Shown here piece after piece: positions 12,200-24,868 of a stretch of 64,000 nt of DNA. The stretch covers positions 235,106,001-235,170,000 of the forward strand of contig NC_058368.1 of NCBI RefSeq assembly GCF_018350175.1. Direction: 5' to 3'. The DNA is from Felis catus. Its lineage: Eukaryota. The notes under the pieces were generated by a model that saw nothing but the letters and a program-made list of their open reading frames with translations, was not told where the DNA came from and did not search any database. The position numbers and the translations under genes are program-made. How positions within the stretch are numbered: position 1 is the stretch's first letter; each line of letters starts with the position of its first letter.

Positions 12200-13550
12200 C
12201 ATTGTGGCATTACACGGGGATGTCCATAAATGATCAGAGTTGAAAGCAAATACTCTTCATGGCCAGAACTTAAACAATGTAAGTATGGCCCACTTTTTCT
12301 AGACCGAAACCCAGCAGAAGAAGTTTTCTTCACTGATTTGCAAGCTTTGGTCAGTGGGTTGGCTGGATGGTCAGAGACTTGGAATAAACAGGACTCAAAG
12401 CTTACAGAAGAGGTAGACGGAAGGATCGTGTAGAACGGGCACAGGCTGTGAGGATGTTTGCAAACAATGTGAATGCCTACCAGAGGGCATCTCTGCAGAG
12501 GAGGCTGGCAAGCCAGGTGGATAAAATGACTTGTTCCATCAGGTGTCTTCCTCCCCCAGCCACACTGGTGCCAGATGAAATGTCGCGGCATTTGCTACGA
12601 AGCAACACGTGGGCTCAACAACGTGGAACGCCGTCACCAGTCCCAGTCTGGCTCCGGTTGCTGTTCAGTTCCTACCCTGCCAACAGAACCGCGGGCCAAG
12701 CTGGTTGGACGAAATGCTTTCCATCATAGAAGGGGTAATAATTTGTCCTTCCAGCATAGACATGAATTTTGGATGTGGACATGACTTGGTGACCTATAAT
12801 GCCTCTGCCAGCCCCAATATCCGTGGGTGTGTGGGATGCCCAATTCACTGTTGTGGTAACTCACCATCACGGCTCCTAATAGAACAACAAATGTCACAAC
12901 AAAAGACATACAGTAATGGACTTGTGTCCCTGGAATTTTCTGGTTTTAGTATATAACCCATCATTGAGAAGCAGATGGTCAGATAAAATAGTAAACTGAT
13001 CTAACTCTTTAGTTGTGGTTCCAGTTAAGAAACAGTAACCTAAACATCTGGGGACTGTCGTTAGGAATAACCTAAACATCTGGGGACTGTCGTAAAAATA
13101 TATATATATTTTATAAAGTACTATGTATTACCTAAATGTTTAATTTATATAATTATAAATTATTATAATTATAAATACTTTAAATTAAATTTAATATTAT
13201 TTAAATAAATAGTATTTAATAACTAGTTAAGTAAATATTTAAATAAATTTAAATTAAATTTAAATATAATTATAAATATTATATAAATTATAATTATAAC
13301 TATAATTAATTAAAATTGTATATATATATAGATATTATTTATAGATAATTTATAAATATTATATATATTTTTTATGTATATATATATTTTTTAATCCAGT
13401 GAACATAAAGTGTTGTTTCTCTCATGGGCAGTATGGACTAATCCTGAAATCCAAGAGGTGGAAACTGATGTTCTCTCTTACAATCCTGTCTCCCTCGTAC
13501 ATGCTTGCAGAATCTTTTCCCCTGTGCTCCCCTCTTTAAGCCTCACTGAA
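12200..13550 (+). pseudogene. Decayed ERVL internal pol (RNase H-integrase) fragment
   Basis: Translations ALVSGLAGWSETWNKQDSK and NVNAYQRAS...QVDKMT...WAQQRG match ERV-L pol (AVANGLAGWSGTWKKHDWK, HVNAHQR...QVDRMT, WAQQHG). It is frameshifted, and similarity resumes at about 13400-13550 after an AT-rich tract. Confidence 0.8.
13094..13394. repeat. AT-rich low-complexity, imperfectly palindromic tract
   Basis: About 300 bp that is almost entirely A/T. The ends aaaaatatatatata and tatatatatttttt are complementary. Confidence 0.9.
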
Positions 13551-13556
13551 TTAGGG

Positions 13557-14515
13557 CAGGGACAGGTTTAGGGTGAGACCAGGAAGACGGTTGCCGCAAC
13601 CGTCAAATTGAAAGGGCACCATGGGACGGATGCCTGGATGGCTCGGTTGGTTAAGCATCTGACTCTTGATTTTGGCCCAGATCACAATCTCACGATCTGT
13701 GGGTTTGAGCCTTGCGTCGGGCTCTGTGCTGACAGCGCAGAGTCTGCTTGGGATTCTCTCTCCCTCTCTACCTGCCCCTCCCCTGTTCTCTCTCTCTCTC
13801 TCTTTCTCAAAATAAATAAGCATTTAAAAGTAAAATTAAGACAACAAAATACAATTGAAAGGTCACCCCAAATTCAGTCATCAGGATAGATTACATTCTA
13901 ATGTAATATTTAAAAGAATAAATGTTAATGCAAAACATCTCTGATGAACAAAATGTCACAAGTTTCAATAAAGATAGAATTAGCAACCTGAAGTTAATTC
14001 AACCTTATTTAAGATTGTCACTTGGTGAAGAGACAGTGTTAAATATGGCAGTTCTCTCAGTTGAAATAAGGGAAATGAAAAAGATGACCCTAGAGATACT
14101 ATCGATGAGCTTTTCTATTAAAGCCAGAAAAGTAGTGTTGTAATGAATTCTGCTTTTGATATAAGTAAAATATACAAATTTCATACTGTGAGTTTCAATA
14201 CACCTACTTTCAAATTTTCAATAACTTTTAAGCATGTTAATGCACACAAAAAAACTAACCGCCAAAACAAAATACATAAAATCATGTATATATAAGGGCC
14301 CACATTTTTCCTTTTGCCTCAGGCTCCAATATGCCTTTGCTAATGTCAGATCTTGTCTTCATTTAAAATGTTGATAGTTTTTCTCATCGTGAATTTTTGT
14401 GCATTGATTTTGATTTTGTAAATATTGCATTAAAATATTATTTATAGATTTCGGTGCCCCTTAAACTTCGTGCCTGGGGCAAATGCTTCACTTGTTTCCC
14501 CGAATGCCGATCCTC
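13557..14515 (+). mobile_element. MER96B-like hAT-Tip100 transposon with long TIRs and a transposase C-terminal remnant
   Basis: Left arm cagggacaggtttagggtgag...atgaacaaaatgtca...aataaagatag is mirrored by right arm cttgtcttcattt...ttctcatcgtgaatt...gccccttaaacttcgtgcctggggcaaatgcttcac. Internal reading LKLIQPYLRLSLGEETVLNMAVLSVE...SIKARKVVL. Confidence 0.8.
13625..13850 (+). mobile_element. Can-SINE inserted in the left TIR of the hAT
   Basis: tRNA-like head, (CT)n and A tail. TSD aattgaaagg(g/t)cacc. Confidence 0.9.
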
Positions 14516-14524
14516 AGTCTTAGT

Positions 14525-14895
14525 TCCTACGTTGGGATTTTCCAGAGAAACAGATCGATAGCCTGTTGCCATCTTTTTTACGTAAGTATTTGGCCATTAT
14601 GAAAGTTCGGGAACCCCAAGATCTGCCGTTGAGAAGCTGGAGACCCAGAGGAGCCGATGGTGTAGCTCCAGTCTGAAAGCTGGTGGACTGGAGACCCGAG
14701 AAGAACCAATGTTTTGGTTTGAGTCAGAAGGCTGGATAAAGACCCATGTGTCAGCTCGAGGTGGACACACAGGCAGAATTCCCCCTTATGCACAGGACGG
14801 TCAGCCTTTTTTGTTCTGTTCAGGTCATCCAATTGACTGGACGAGGCCCATCCAAGTTAGAGAAGGCAACCATACTGCACTCTGAAACCCCTTCT
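14525..14895 (-). mobile_element. MLT2B-like ERVL LTR
   Basis: tccagagaaacaga...aagctggagacccagaggagccgatggtgtag...ggtcagccttttttgttctgttcagg...gaggcccatcca matches MLT2 antisense. Confidence 0.85.
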
Positions 14896-15199
14896 CACAC
14901 TTTCTCACCCATTTCCTCTTATGTGTTGTAGGTGGAGACACCAGACAAGGACAAGAAAGGCATGTCCTTCCTGGCTCAAGCCCCCCTAAGCATCTCCCCA
15001 CCTACTTCCGGCCCAGGGCAGCCATGGCTCAAGGCTCTCACTTCCTTGGGCACTAACTCCCACGACCAGCTGCACATCACATTCGTGGTGTTTCGGGGTC
15101 TACAGATGGTGACTCACTCTCAGATCTAAACACAGCTGTCCCTTAGTTCTGACGTCTGAGCACCAGCCTTGTGGGGGTCCCCCGCCCCGAGCACCAACC

Positions 15200-15435
15200 T
15201 TCAGAGTTGATCATCCCATTTCTTCCTTGTGTTTCCCCAAACTGTGGAGGTGTTAGCAGCTTCCTTCACTCACTAATAAATGGGTTACCCAAACTCTGGA
15301 TGTGTTAGGTGCTTCTGAGATTCACCAACACCCGGGCTACTCCTTTTTACCTTTTCAGATGTTCAGCATCTGTATAAACGGTTACCTGTGTCCTCTCTGT
15401 TGGAGACAGCCCCCGTGGTTTCTGTTTTCCCAACA
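15200..15435 (+). mobile_element. LTR33-like ERVL LTR 3' part
   Basis: ggtgttagcagcttcct...ctaat...tgggttacc...gtggtttctgttttcc resembles the LTR33 3' end. Confidence 0.55.
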
Positions 15436-16880
15436 GTCCCCTCATGGATTCAGCTCCTCCGGGGAAGTCCACACTCTGGTATTCAGAATATTCCTCCAGC
15501 ACACCTTGCAAGTCTTAGAACTGAAGCCAGTTCTTTCTGAGACAGACTGTGACCCACCAGAGAAGTGCAAAAAAATGAGCATGGGTTCTGCAAGGCCTTC
15601 ACTAACTGTGAAGAGGAAAGAAATAATAAAATGAAGACACTGGATTGTGCTGAGCCCGAGTCTGGCAGAGACCACAGAATGTGTTATAACATCTCAGCAG
15701 TGAGGGGATGGTCTGCAAGAGAAAAAAGTCAGGGTTCGATTTTACAGAGTAAATTAATTACCTTGACTTTCAGAGAATCACCTGGAAAGGGGGAGGCATG
15801 GAAAGTGATTTTTAGCCTGCTATATGGGACTCTGACTTTCTAAAGAAAATAAAACTCTTCCTGGAGAAAAAGGATCCCCAACATAGATAAATAGCTTCAG
15901 AATTGCAGGAGGCCCCCTGGGACCAAACCCCAAGAACTGGCTTCCAAAGTCAGGGACCCAGGGCCCAGTCTTCAAGGCCACCCCTCAGCCTGCACTGCAC
16001 CTAATGTCTTATAGCTCATGAAGACTTTTAGAGCTGAAAGCCTACCACCAAGTGACAGTCTGGCTAAGGAAATGCTGGTCTGAGCAGCCATCGTACAAGA
16101 ATGTTCTGAAACAAGAACTGCTTTTTTTTTTTAAGTAAATTCATCCAAATATAGATAGTCCCTCTCTCCTTTCATCGGAGGAAATTTCCCCCAAAATAGA
16201 ACAGCATGTGACATAACTACGTTCCCCAGGACGGAACAAAGAATAAAGTTATGGGTGATGACGGAGTGATACAGGTAAGTTGTCGCAGTCAACCTCAGCA
16301 CGTCAAGTGCAATTTTGACGTCTGTCTTGGGAATGACGGGTGACTGTGTCAGCGACACCAGGCACTGCCTCCATCTCACAGAAATACAACCCTCATTGGA
16401 CGGCAACTGATGCCAGGAATCCTGGAGGTCTCGAAAATGGAACACTGGGCGTTGCTGGTGTGGATTTCTTCGCGTCTGATGTCTCATGCCGAGCACCCCC
16501 GAGACCTACGCGAATCACACTGAGCAGCTCAGGCAAGACAACAAGCTCAGGGTGCACAAGCCTGAGCCACGTGTACCTGGCCGGCCGGTGCTTTTGCAAG
16601 TCATGATTGGGGCGTACTGGCAACCCAGGTAGCTCTGATGTCCCACAAATGCGTCTTCTTTATCTCGTCCAATCTCTGAAATAGACAAGATGGATCAGTT
16701 CGCAGCGGTGGATGCCATCTGGTGCCCTGCAGCCGTACCTCATAATTCAGATGCTGCGGCGTGCGGGCAATTTGCCATCCCGGTGGCTCACGGTAATCTT
16801 TGTCTTCTGCACACTTGATTATGTTTAAAATGTGTTCATTTTTTTTCAGGATCTGATAGGATCCTCAAAGTGACATTTGA

Positions 16881-17035
16881 TTGTTTTTTTCTATTAAATA
16901 TAACTCATTGTCAAACTGGTCTCCATCCAACACCCAGTGCTCATCCCAACAGCTGCCCTCCTCCGTGCCCATCACCCACTTTCCCCTCTCCCCCGCCCCC
17001 CCATCAACCCTCAGTTTGTTTTCAGTGTTTAAGAG
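16881..17035 (-). mobile_element. 5'-truncated young L1 (L1_Fc-like) 3' end
   Basis: acacccagtgctcatcccaaca...catcaaccctcagtttgtt. TSD agtgacatttga (16869-16880 and 17034-17045). Confidence 0.9.
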
Positions 17036-18268
17036 TGACATTTGAGAACTATCAGGGACATTTAACACCTCACCCCGTTATTCACAACGGTGCTAAGTTC
17101 TGTGAAGACCATGCATCAGGGTGAGTTACCACCTCCCGATTTACTGGTATCCTATCAATTCGGTTTTCTTAAAGGGAATTTAAGACCTGAATTTGCACGT
17201 TCACATGCGCATTTGCCAAAGAAAACAAGCCTCCCTTGACCACTGATACATAAAGACAACCGCAAGGCTCTTCTTTCAAAAAAAAAAAAAAAAAAGATTT
17301 TAAGGCATGGAGCCTCAAATCTTACTTTATGAAATTTGTCATTTTATAATCGCAGGAAATATGTTTATTTTCCCTTGGGGTTACTTTATTCTTTCCTCAC
17401 AGTCATCTGGTCTCCCAAGTGGATTTTTTTTGTTTTCCTCGTAGAACAGCAGGTTTGAAAAGTCTAGAACCCAAGGCTCACTGAGTCTGTGCTGCTCGGA
17501 GGGAGGACTCAGGCCACGGACAGGTATGCCCCAATGCCACTAATGGCTCAACATGAAACGTGGGGCATGTCACCGAGCCCCAAGATTTCGACAATGACTT
17601 TAGTGCCACCGAATCATCTCAACGTAGTGTATAATAAAGGACTGCTTTCTGGCCTGGACAAAAAAATGTCAGATATATTTTTGCCCATTTTACAATGATG
17701 CCCAGAGTCACCCTTAACTTCTTTAAGTTAAAAATTCCAGGAAAAAAAAAATGCTCTCAGCTTGTTTCTTCCTTCCAATGCTCCTCAGATTTACACAGAT
17801 TCGTTTCCTAGTCTCCTTTGAGAATACTTACTCGTGTGGTGCTAAGATTTGTTTTGTATAAAACGTGGCTCATTTTCTGATGACTAGTTGAGGGTTATGT
17901 GGCCCCAACATAGATGACCCCCCCCCCCACCACAGGTACAGTGAACACGAATCATCTCTGAATCTTGTACTAGTTCGGGGAACGCAGTGTTTGAGGGAAC
18001 AGACAATGGCCAACACCTGGTAGAAATGAATGTCTGCCACAGCAAAGACAATCACGTGCCATAAGGTGCTCCAAGGGGGTTCCCCAAAATACTTGGGGAG
18101 GACACTCTACGAAACCGGGATTCTTCATCATCAAGTTGCAGAGAAGCCAGTGAAATCCAAGTTAATATAGGCATGGCCATGCCATAGGTCTCCCAAGGCT
18201 GTTGTGGTCTTGGGGACACTGGCCATCCTTCTATAAGACAAAGGGGACTTATTACAATTGAAAGCCAA

Positions 18269-18487
18269 GGCCCACCTGGATGGCTCAGTCGGTTAAGCGT
18301 CCGACTTCGGCCCAGGTCATGATCTCACGGTTCGTGAGTTCGAACCCCGCATCGGGCTCTGTGCTGACGGCTCAGAGCCCGGAGCCTGCTTCGGATCTTC
18401 TGTCCCCTTCTCTCTCTGCCCCTCCCCAGCTCTCCCTCCCTCTCTCTCTCTCTCTCAAAAATAAATAAAAATTCAAAAAATTAAGAA
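18269..18487 (+). mobile_element. SINEC_Fc element
   Basis: Canonical body. TSD att(g/a)aaagccaa. Confidence 0.95.
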
Positions 18488-19404
18488 TTAAAAGCCAATT
18501 ATTTTCAAACGCCGGATACATTTATATTGATTGTGCGGTTGGAGTTCGAGTTGAAAGGTGGCAGGCCCTCTCCAGGGACACAAGCAGCAAGAGGGATTTG
18601 GATGCAAAAAGAAAGGGCGCCCAAGCAAGGACAGGTCCCAAGAGTGCAGGCAGGGAGTGAGCAATACGCCATCAAGTCTGGTCCTATATGATCCAAATCT
18701 CTCCTGATGTACCTCCTCCTGGGACTTGCTGGAGCTTTCCTGGGTTATCTCCGAGAATGATTGCTTTCTGTGGCCAGAAAAATACACAAGGCCTCTGTGG
18801 AATAAGTCACCTTGCTGTGCCCCAGACAACAGGTAAGGAAGAGTAGAAATGTACAAGCTGGTGGGCAGGTCACACAGGAAATCAGGAGCTCGTGGTAGGC
18901 ACTCAGCCGGGCCCAGAAGTCCCGCTGTGTCTGAGAAATCAGAGCAGTTTACCAGTTCAGAAAACCGTCACTGAAAAAGAGAAAGAAAAGTAGTTTTCAG
19001 ATTTCCATTTACGGCTGTAAAATATGAGACAGGTCTCTACCAATCGCTATGCGGCTGTTCTAAAACAGCATGTTTATCGGAAAACGGCAACAATTAAACA
19101 GGGAGACGATAAAAGGCGACAAGAAAGCAAACAAGCTATTAATTCCTGGCTCAAATGGACGCTGTTTTGTACCGGAGGGTCAGTGAGCCATAGCAACACC
19201 ATTTGCCCGGAGCCTTGATTTTCAGCAACGTCGATTTTGTGTCAGCATGTAGCTGTGATGAGAGCCCATGGATAGAAACTTTTAGAACCACTTCACATGG
19301 GAAAATTGTACATGAAATATATAGGCCTCTTTTTGTTTATCTTTCCCGTCTGTGCACAGCGCTCACGCGTATCTCACGCACGATGCTTTCTGGGGGGCCG
19401 CGGG

Positions 19405-19957
19405 GCTGTGGGTGTGCCGTGTCACAAACTAGCCACAAACTTAACCACTAAAGACAACCCTTATATGTTACAGGTCTGGAGGGCAGAAATCTGGTGCAGG
19501 TCTCAGCAGCCTAAATCCTTTGTCAGCAGGTGGTGGTCCTTCCTGTTGGTCTAGGGAAGAATCTGTTTCCTGAGGGCAGAATTCAACACCTCCAGAAAGG
19601 GCTGAGGCCCCTGTGTCGGCTGAAGGCTGTCTTCAGCCTCCAGGAGCCATCTGGAATCCTTGGCTGCGACCCCTTCCTCCGCATTCATGTCAACAAAGGT
19701 GTGTTGAACCTCTCACAGGCTTCAGAGCCTGCTGAAGCCTCTCCTGCTGGTACCTCCCTTTGGTAAGTCTTCTGCTTCCTTTCCCCATGTTCCAAGGCTT
19801 CCATGATGATACTGAGACCGCCGATAATCAGGATAATCTCCCTATTTTCAGATCCGTAACCTGAATTCCATCTGCAAAGTTCGTCTGGACATACCATATT
19901 CATGGACCCCAGGGATGAGGATACGGGCATCTGGGGGCATTATACACCCTGCCATAC
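19405..19957 (-). mobile_element. MLT1E-like MaLR LTR
   Basis: cacaaactt...ctggagggcagaaatctg...ggcagaattca...gataatcaggataatctccctatttt...ggcatctgggggcattat. Confidence 0.8.
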
Positions 19958-20767
19958 TTTCCAGATGAAAGCAGCATTTGTGCGACCCAATTGTGTCAGA
20001 ATTCACAAACGTGTCCTTCATGCTCTTTCATATCTCTCCTTTCTGCCCGTAAGAAATAACAGCAAAGATGAAGGGACAGAACTTGCTGATGTACGTGTGC
20101 TTAGGGACAGCTACACAGCATCCACATAGCCCCTTTCTCCATCAGATCCTTCACTAGCTAAAAACAACTCTGGGCTATCAATACTCTCCTACCTGAAGTG
20201 TCTCCCCGATTCAGAGCAGAAAACTGCTGACTTGTCAGAGAACTTGGCTTTCTGTGGAACAGACTTCTGTCTCAGGGACACTGAGCATGGAGAGGTTTTT
20301 GCTGATCCTCGATTTTTGGTGACTGGATAAACCTGTCCATTATGTCATCTGCACCATGACCCTCATTTCCCCATCGGTGACCATTTATTTACAGAAATTA
20401 TCATGAGTTCATCATGGGAAAAGTCATTTACACCAGGAAGATAAAGCTTTGGGTTGGTGTTTTGGTTCAGAAGGTCCAGGATGCATTTTTCATGCCCAGT
20501 TATAGTCGGTTGAGGACAGTGATGGTAACCCAAGAGTATCAGGGAAGAGAGGAATCACTCATGTTCTGGGATGAACTGCGAGTACAGCAAGGTGGAGAGG
20601 GCAAGGACAACGTCGTCAATCACTTTGGGCTTGCAGTCTGCATGCTTATACGACCAACACACATCAAGGCATCGTCTTCTAACCTAATAAGAGAGCTGAA
20701 GTCTTCCCCATTTCCCTGATCATTGGGAAAGGTAATGGAAATTAGGGGTTGCAAGTAAAGCTAAGAA

Positions 20768-20949
20768 GGGACACCTGGGTGGCTCAGTTAAGCATCCGAC
20801 TTGATTTCAGCTCAGGCCATGATCCCAGGTCATGACAGTGCAGAGCCTGCTTGGGATTCTCTCTCTCCACCTCTCTCTGTCCCCTTTCTGCTCATACACT
20901 TGCTCTCTCTCTCTATCAAAAGTAAATAAACTTTGGGGAAAAAAGAAAG
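20768..20949 (+). mobile_element. Can-SINE with internal deletion
   Basis: Head ggacacctgggtggctcagttaagc, B-box segment missing, (CT)n and tail present. TSD aagtaaagct. Confidence 0.85.
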
Positions 20950-21088
20950 AAAGTAAAGCTGGGAAGAGCTTTAGGCCCTCTAGAAAAGGAACCAGGAGAC
21001 TTCAATCAGGAAGGACTCCAGAAAAACAATATCAGGTGGCTCAGGAGAGACCTGAACACAGAAAGTTCTACTAAAACAAGGGTATTTT

Positions 21089-21270
21089 GTTATTTTTATT
21101 ATTCTTTACTGTTTATTTACTTTTGAGAGATAGAGAGAGAATCCAAAGCAGAGTCCAGGCTCTGAGCTGCCAACAAATAGCCTGATGCAGGACTTAAACT
21201 CAGGGACTATGAGATCGTGACCTGAGCTGAAGTCAGATGTCCAGCTGACTGAGTCACCCAGGTGCCCCCA
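21089..21270 (-). mobile_element. SINEC_Fc element
   Basis: Reverse-complement SINE. TSD caagggtatttt. Confidence 0.92.
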
Positions 21271-22189
21271 AAGCAAGGGTATTTTAGACCCCACCCTTGA
21301 AAAATTACAAGGCAAGACCGCTGCCCCCAGTGCAGAGCCCCTGAGCTGTGTGATTAGACAAGGTCTTGGGGGCAGAAGCCTATCTCTACATGCCAGATTA
21401 CATTTCTCTTCCCTCCCACATGCCCCACAATAGGACAGGCACAAGCTTCCTCTCTGGGAAAGAACACCTTCCCTGACCACATGCACACACACACCTGGAT
21501 CTCCTCAAGGTGGAGAGAGTCAAGGGGTACATCACTTCTGTGCTATTCTTGCCAAAAGTGCAGAACCTCGGTCTAACCACGAGATACCATCAGGCAAACC
21601 CGGATCAAGGAACCTTCTACAAAGTGTCTGACCGGCAAGATTGCGGAAGACGTACTATGGAAACAACCTGGTGCAAAGGGGCAGGGTGATGCTCCAGAGG
21701 GCAGGCACGTGGACGGATAGAAATCTTGCCCCCAAAGCTGCTTCTATGTTGTGTTGTCACACGGACTTGTTTTGGTAGATCAGCCGGGGAGCTAAAACCG
21801 GCTGCAGAGAACTGCCGATGTGAAAAACTCAGATCGCGTGTTGCAGGTATAAGTGATGTAGAGTTCAAAGAAGAGGAAGGACCGGTTATACCCAGCTGCT
21901 AGATTAGAAATGCGGGCGGATGTTGGGGCATGTGCAGAAGGCTTTTTGAAGGGGGAGAAAAGCAAATCTGAGCGTGCCCGGAGACATGAATGGTATGGAC
22001 TTGGGGAGGAACACGGATGCTGACACAGGCAGCCTGGATGTGTGGAGGGCAGCTCCCAACTCTGCAGAACTATTTGCAAGCCTTCCGAAGACGGCAGCGG
22101 CTCCTAGGCTCCTAAGCTCTCAAGCCATGAGCAAGGTGGTCATCTCTGAGTGAATAATCCCTAGCTCTGAGTCATGTGTTGGTGTCCCA

Positions 22190-22460
22190 CAGCCGCTCAC
22201 ATTATCCGATTATGTCACACCCGTGGAAGTCAAAAGTCCAAAGTGAGTCTTCAGGGCCGAAATCACCGTGTGGGCAGGGCTGGTTCCCGAGGCTCCAGGG
22301 GGAGAATCTAATGTCGCCTCGGCTGGCTCCTCAGGGCCACCCACCTCCTTGGCTCCTGGGGCGCCGCTCCAATCTCAGCCTCATTGTCCACCGCTGTGCC
22401 TCCCACACCGACTCCCTGGCTGCCCTTTTATAAGCCACCCAGATAAGCCAGGACAGTTGT
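22190..22460 (-). mobile_element. MLT1C/D-like LTR fragment
   Basis: ggaagtcaaaagtccaaa...gggcagggctggttcc...gaggctccagggggagaatc...ccttggctcctgg...cccagataa. Confidence 0.7.
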
Positions 22461-24397
22461 GAGCCGCGAGGGTGACACGGGTGGAGGAGAACTGGAGAGG
22501 ACCTCAGGACGAGCAGGTGAGGTAGACTTTTCATCATCACAATTAGCCAGGAACAAACTGACGGCATGTTCAGTTGGCGCCAGTGTAAGAAAAGACAGGT
22601 TTACGAGCAAATGAATGTTCAGTCCTGCTGAGCGGGGAGTGAGGGAGAAAGGAAACACGAGCCAGGGGCCGCTCCAGGCCTGGCAACCCCCACGCTGGGG
22701 ACAAGTGGGAGGGGCTGGGGAAGCTCCTTTGCCACCTGGAAGCCACTGCATTATTTCCCTCCCTGCCCCGGTTGTCTGGGATGTTGACTTGCACACACTT
22801 TGATCAGCAAATGAGTCTTTCAAGAAAGCTTTGCCAGTAATTAGAGAATAGGTTATGAAAAAGTGACATTCATACAATAACAAAAATCAGAAAAATTTGT
22901 TACAAAGGCTGTAAAACCAAGCACACATCGATCTTCCGAAATAACAGCATCTATATTTGCACTCAGTACAATGCATTTCCTTTTCCTCGTCTTACGCAAA
23001 TGACACCCAACCCGTGCTCTCGCTGGAGTTACTTGGAAATGTCAAATCAAGAGCACCGTGGGATCGTGCGGTGGGCATTCATCGGCTTTATTTGATTCAA
23101 ATACTTCAAAAAGGAAGTGTGGTCCCTTGCAACAGGGGCCTAAATTGGTCCCTGATTGCATATTCAGATGGAAAATCAACAGGTCCATGAAAATCTTCAT
23201 GTGAAAACCCAACAGGCAGAATTGTAGGGAAGAACCCTTCTTCCGTCTCTTGAAAGCAAGCACGGTGGATTCAACTCATTTACTCCGGAAAGGACTCAGC
23301 CAGGTTTTTCCTCCATGCATTGTGTTCTTGGGAATATGTTTATATGCTGATTAACTTTTCTCTCGAATGTTCTTATGCTGTTCATGTCTTCACAAGACTT
23401 CTGGGTAGAAGTAAGGCTGAAAAGGTACAAGATGCACCATTTGGGGGAATTTGGCAAAGAAGTTATGATCCAAGTTTTCGTCTTCTTCACTTTCAATATA
23501 AATGGACTATGCGAGCGGTATATTGAGCCAGACATACGATGATATTGAGACAGAATCTCTTTTTTGCTTGGGAAGTCAAATTGTCCTGTATTTCCGTCCC
23601 TTGTCACTCCCAGCCCAGACAGTGCCTCCAAACCTTCTACGTGGCCACCCCCGTGGGCTCCTGAGACAGTGTGTTTGCGTCCAATGGCCTCACCATCTCC
23701 GCCTGCGACAATAGTCTTGGCACCCTGGCTCAGCGAGAAACATTGTCTAAAACATTCGAAAACTCATTTTATTTAATTATTATATTTTGCCTCCTGTATG
23801 CACTCAATGTGACTCACAGTCCCCCCCCCTCCCCCCCAGGCACGTGGTAAGAACAGAGGCTCTCAGAGGGAGTCTAACCTGGAGCAAAAATGAAAGAAAC
23901 AGAAACAAGAATAGAGCTCACCTTGCTGGAACACACCCTTCTCCATTAAGTCGCACTCAATACAGAGGGACATAAAAATACGAGGCGTTCTACTAGTGGG
24001 CGCCTACATTCAGACACCTTCTAACACTCCCCAGTTCCTTCCCTGCCTTTCCTTTCCGCACCAAGAGCGGTTTCCAGACGTCAAAACAGCAGTAGCAAAA
24101 AATATCCCACTTCAACACGAAAGGAAACTATTTCTCAAAGGCAATCAGAGCAAGTTGTGTTTTCCTCTTTCGTCTACAGAATAAAAGCGCTCTGAGTGGG
24201 CGGGAGACTGTGCTGGGTCGCAGACTGCACCCCTCTGCGCCCCTCTCTCTGGAGACGATGGGGACTCAGAGCCAGGGAAGGCCTGGTGAGCAGGACACAG
24301 GACGTGTAGCTTCATCCTCGGAGCGGCTTGGGGGAAACCCATGCCATCCGCTCTGCAGGGGTCTAGAAAGTCCCGGGGCTCCTGCAGCTGGTGGGGA

Positions 24398-24572
24398 TAC
24401 AGCAGCCTTGGTGATGCGGGTCCCGTGTGGTCCTGCAAAGCCACGCTGGGAAGGGTCCTGTGCGGTTTTCAGCTCTGCTGTGGCCATCTTCATAATCCTT
24501 AACAGTAGGGACAAGAGCCCTGCATGCAAGAACTCAGCATGCTGGGGCCCCACAAATCATGCAGCCTGCCCT
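24398..24572 (+). mobile_element. MER45A/C-like hAT-Tip100 MITE
   Basis: gctctgctgtggccatcttcataatccttaac...ggggccccacaaatcatgcagcctgccct matches MER45. Confidence 0.7.
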
Positions 24573-24721
24573 CACCCCTGGTCTATTGCCACCTCTGAAA
24601 CCTATTTTTACTTCCATCTTAAAAAAAAATAGTTCCTATCATTTAATCGAAAATATTCGAACTGCATTTTCACTATCAAATTATTCTTGAATGAAAAAAC
24701 TAATTAAAACAACTATATATA

Positions 24722-24868
24722 GGGGCACCTGAGTGGCTCAGTCGGTGAAGCGTCCCACTTCGGCTCAGGTCATGATCTCACGGTTCGTGGGTTCGAGCCC
24801 CGCGTCGGGCTCTGTGCCGACAGCTCGGAGCCTGGAGCCTGCTCCTGATTCTGTGTCTCCCTCTCTCC
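24722..24868 (+). mobile_element. SINEC_Fc element lacking its 3' tail
   Basis: Intact head and body end abruptly after ctccctctctcc. No poly(A) or TSD. Confidence 0.9.

Noticed and set aside
13922..14143. Domesticated transposase exon (ZMYM/ZBED-like)
   Set aside because: It lies between transposon TIRs, key motif residues are degenerate, and I see no further exons. It is treated as a fossil.
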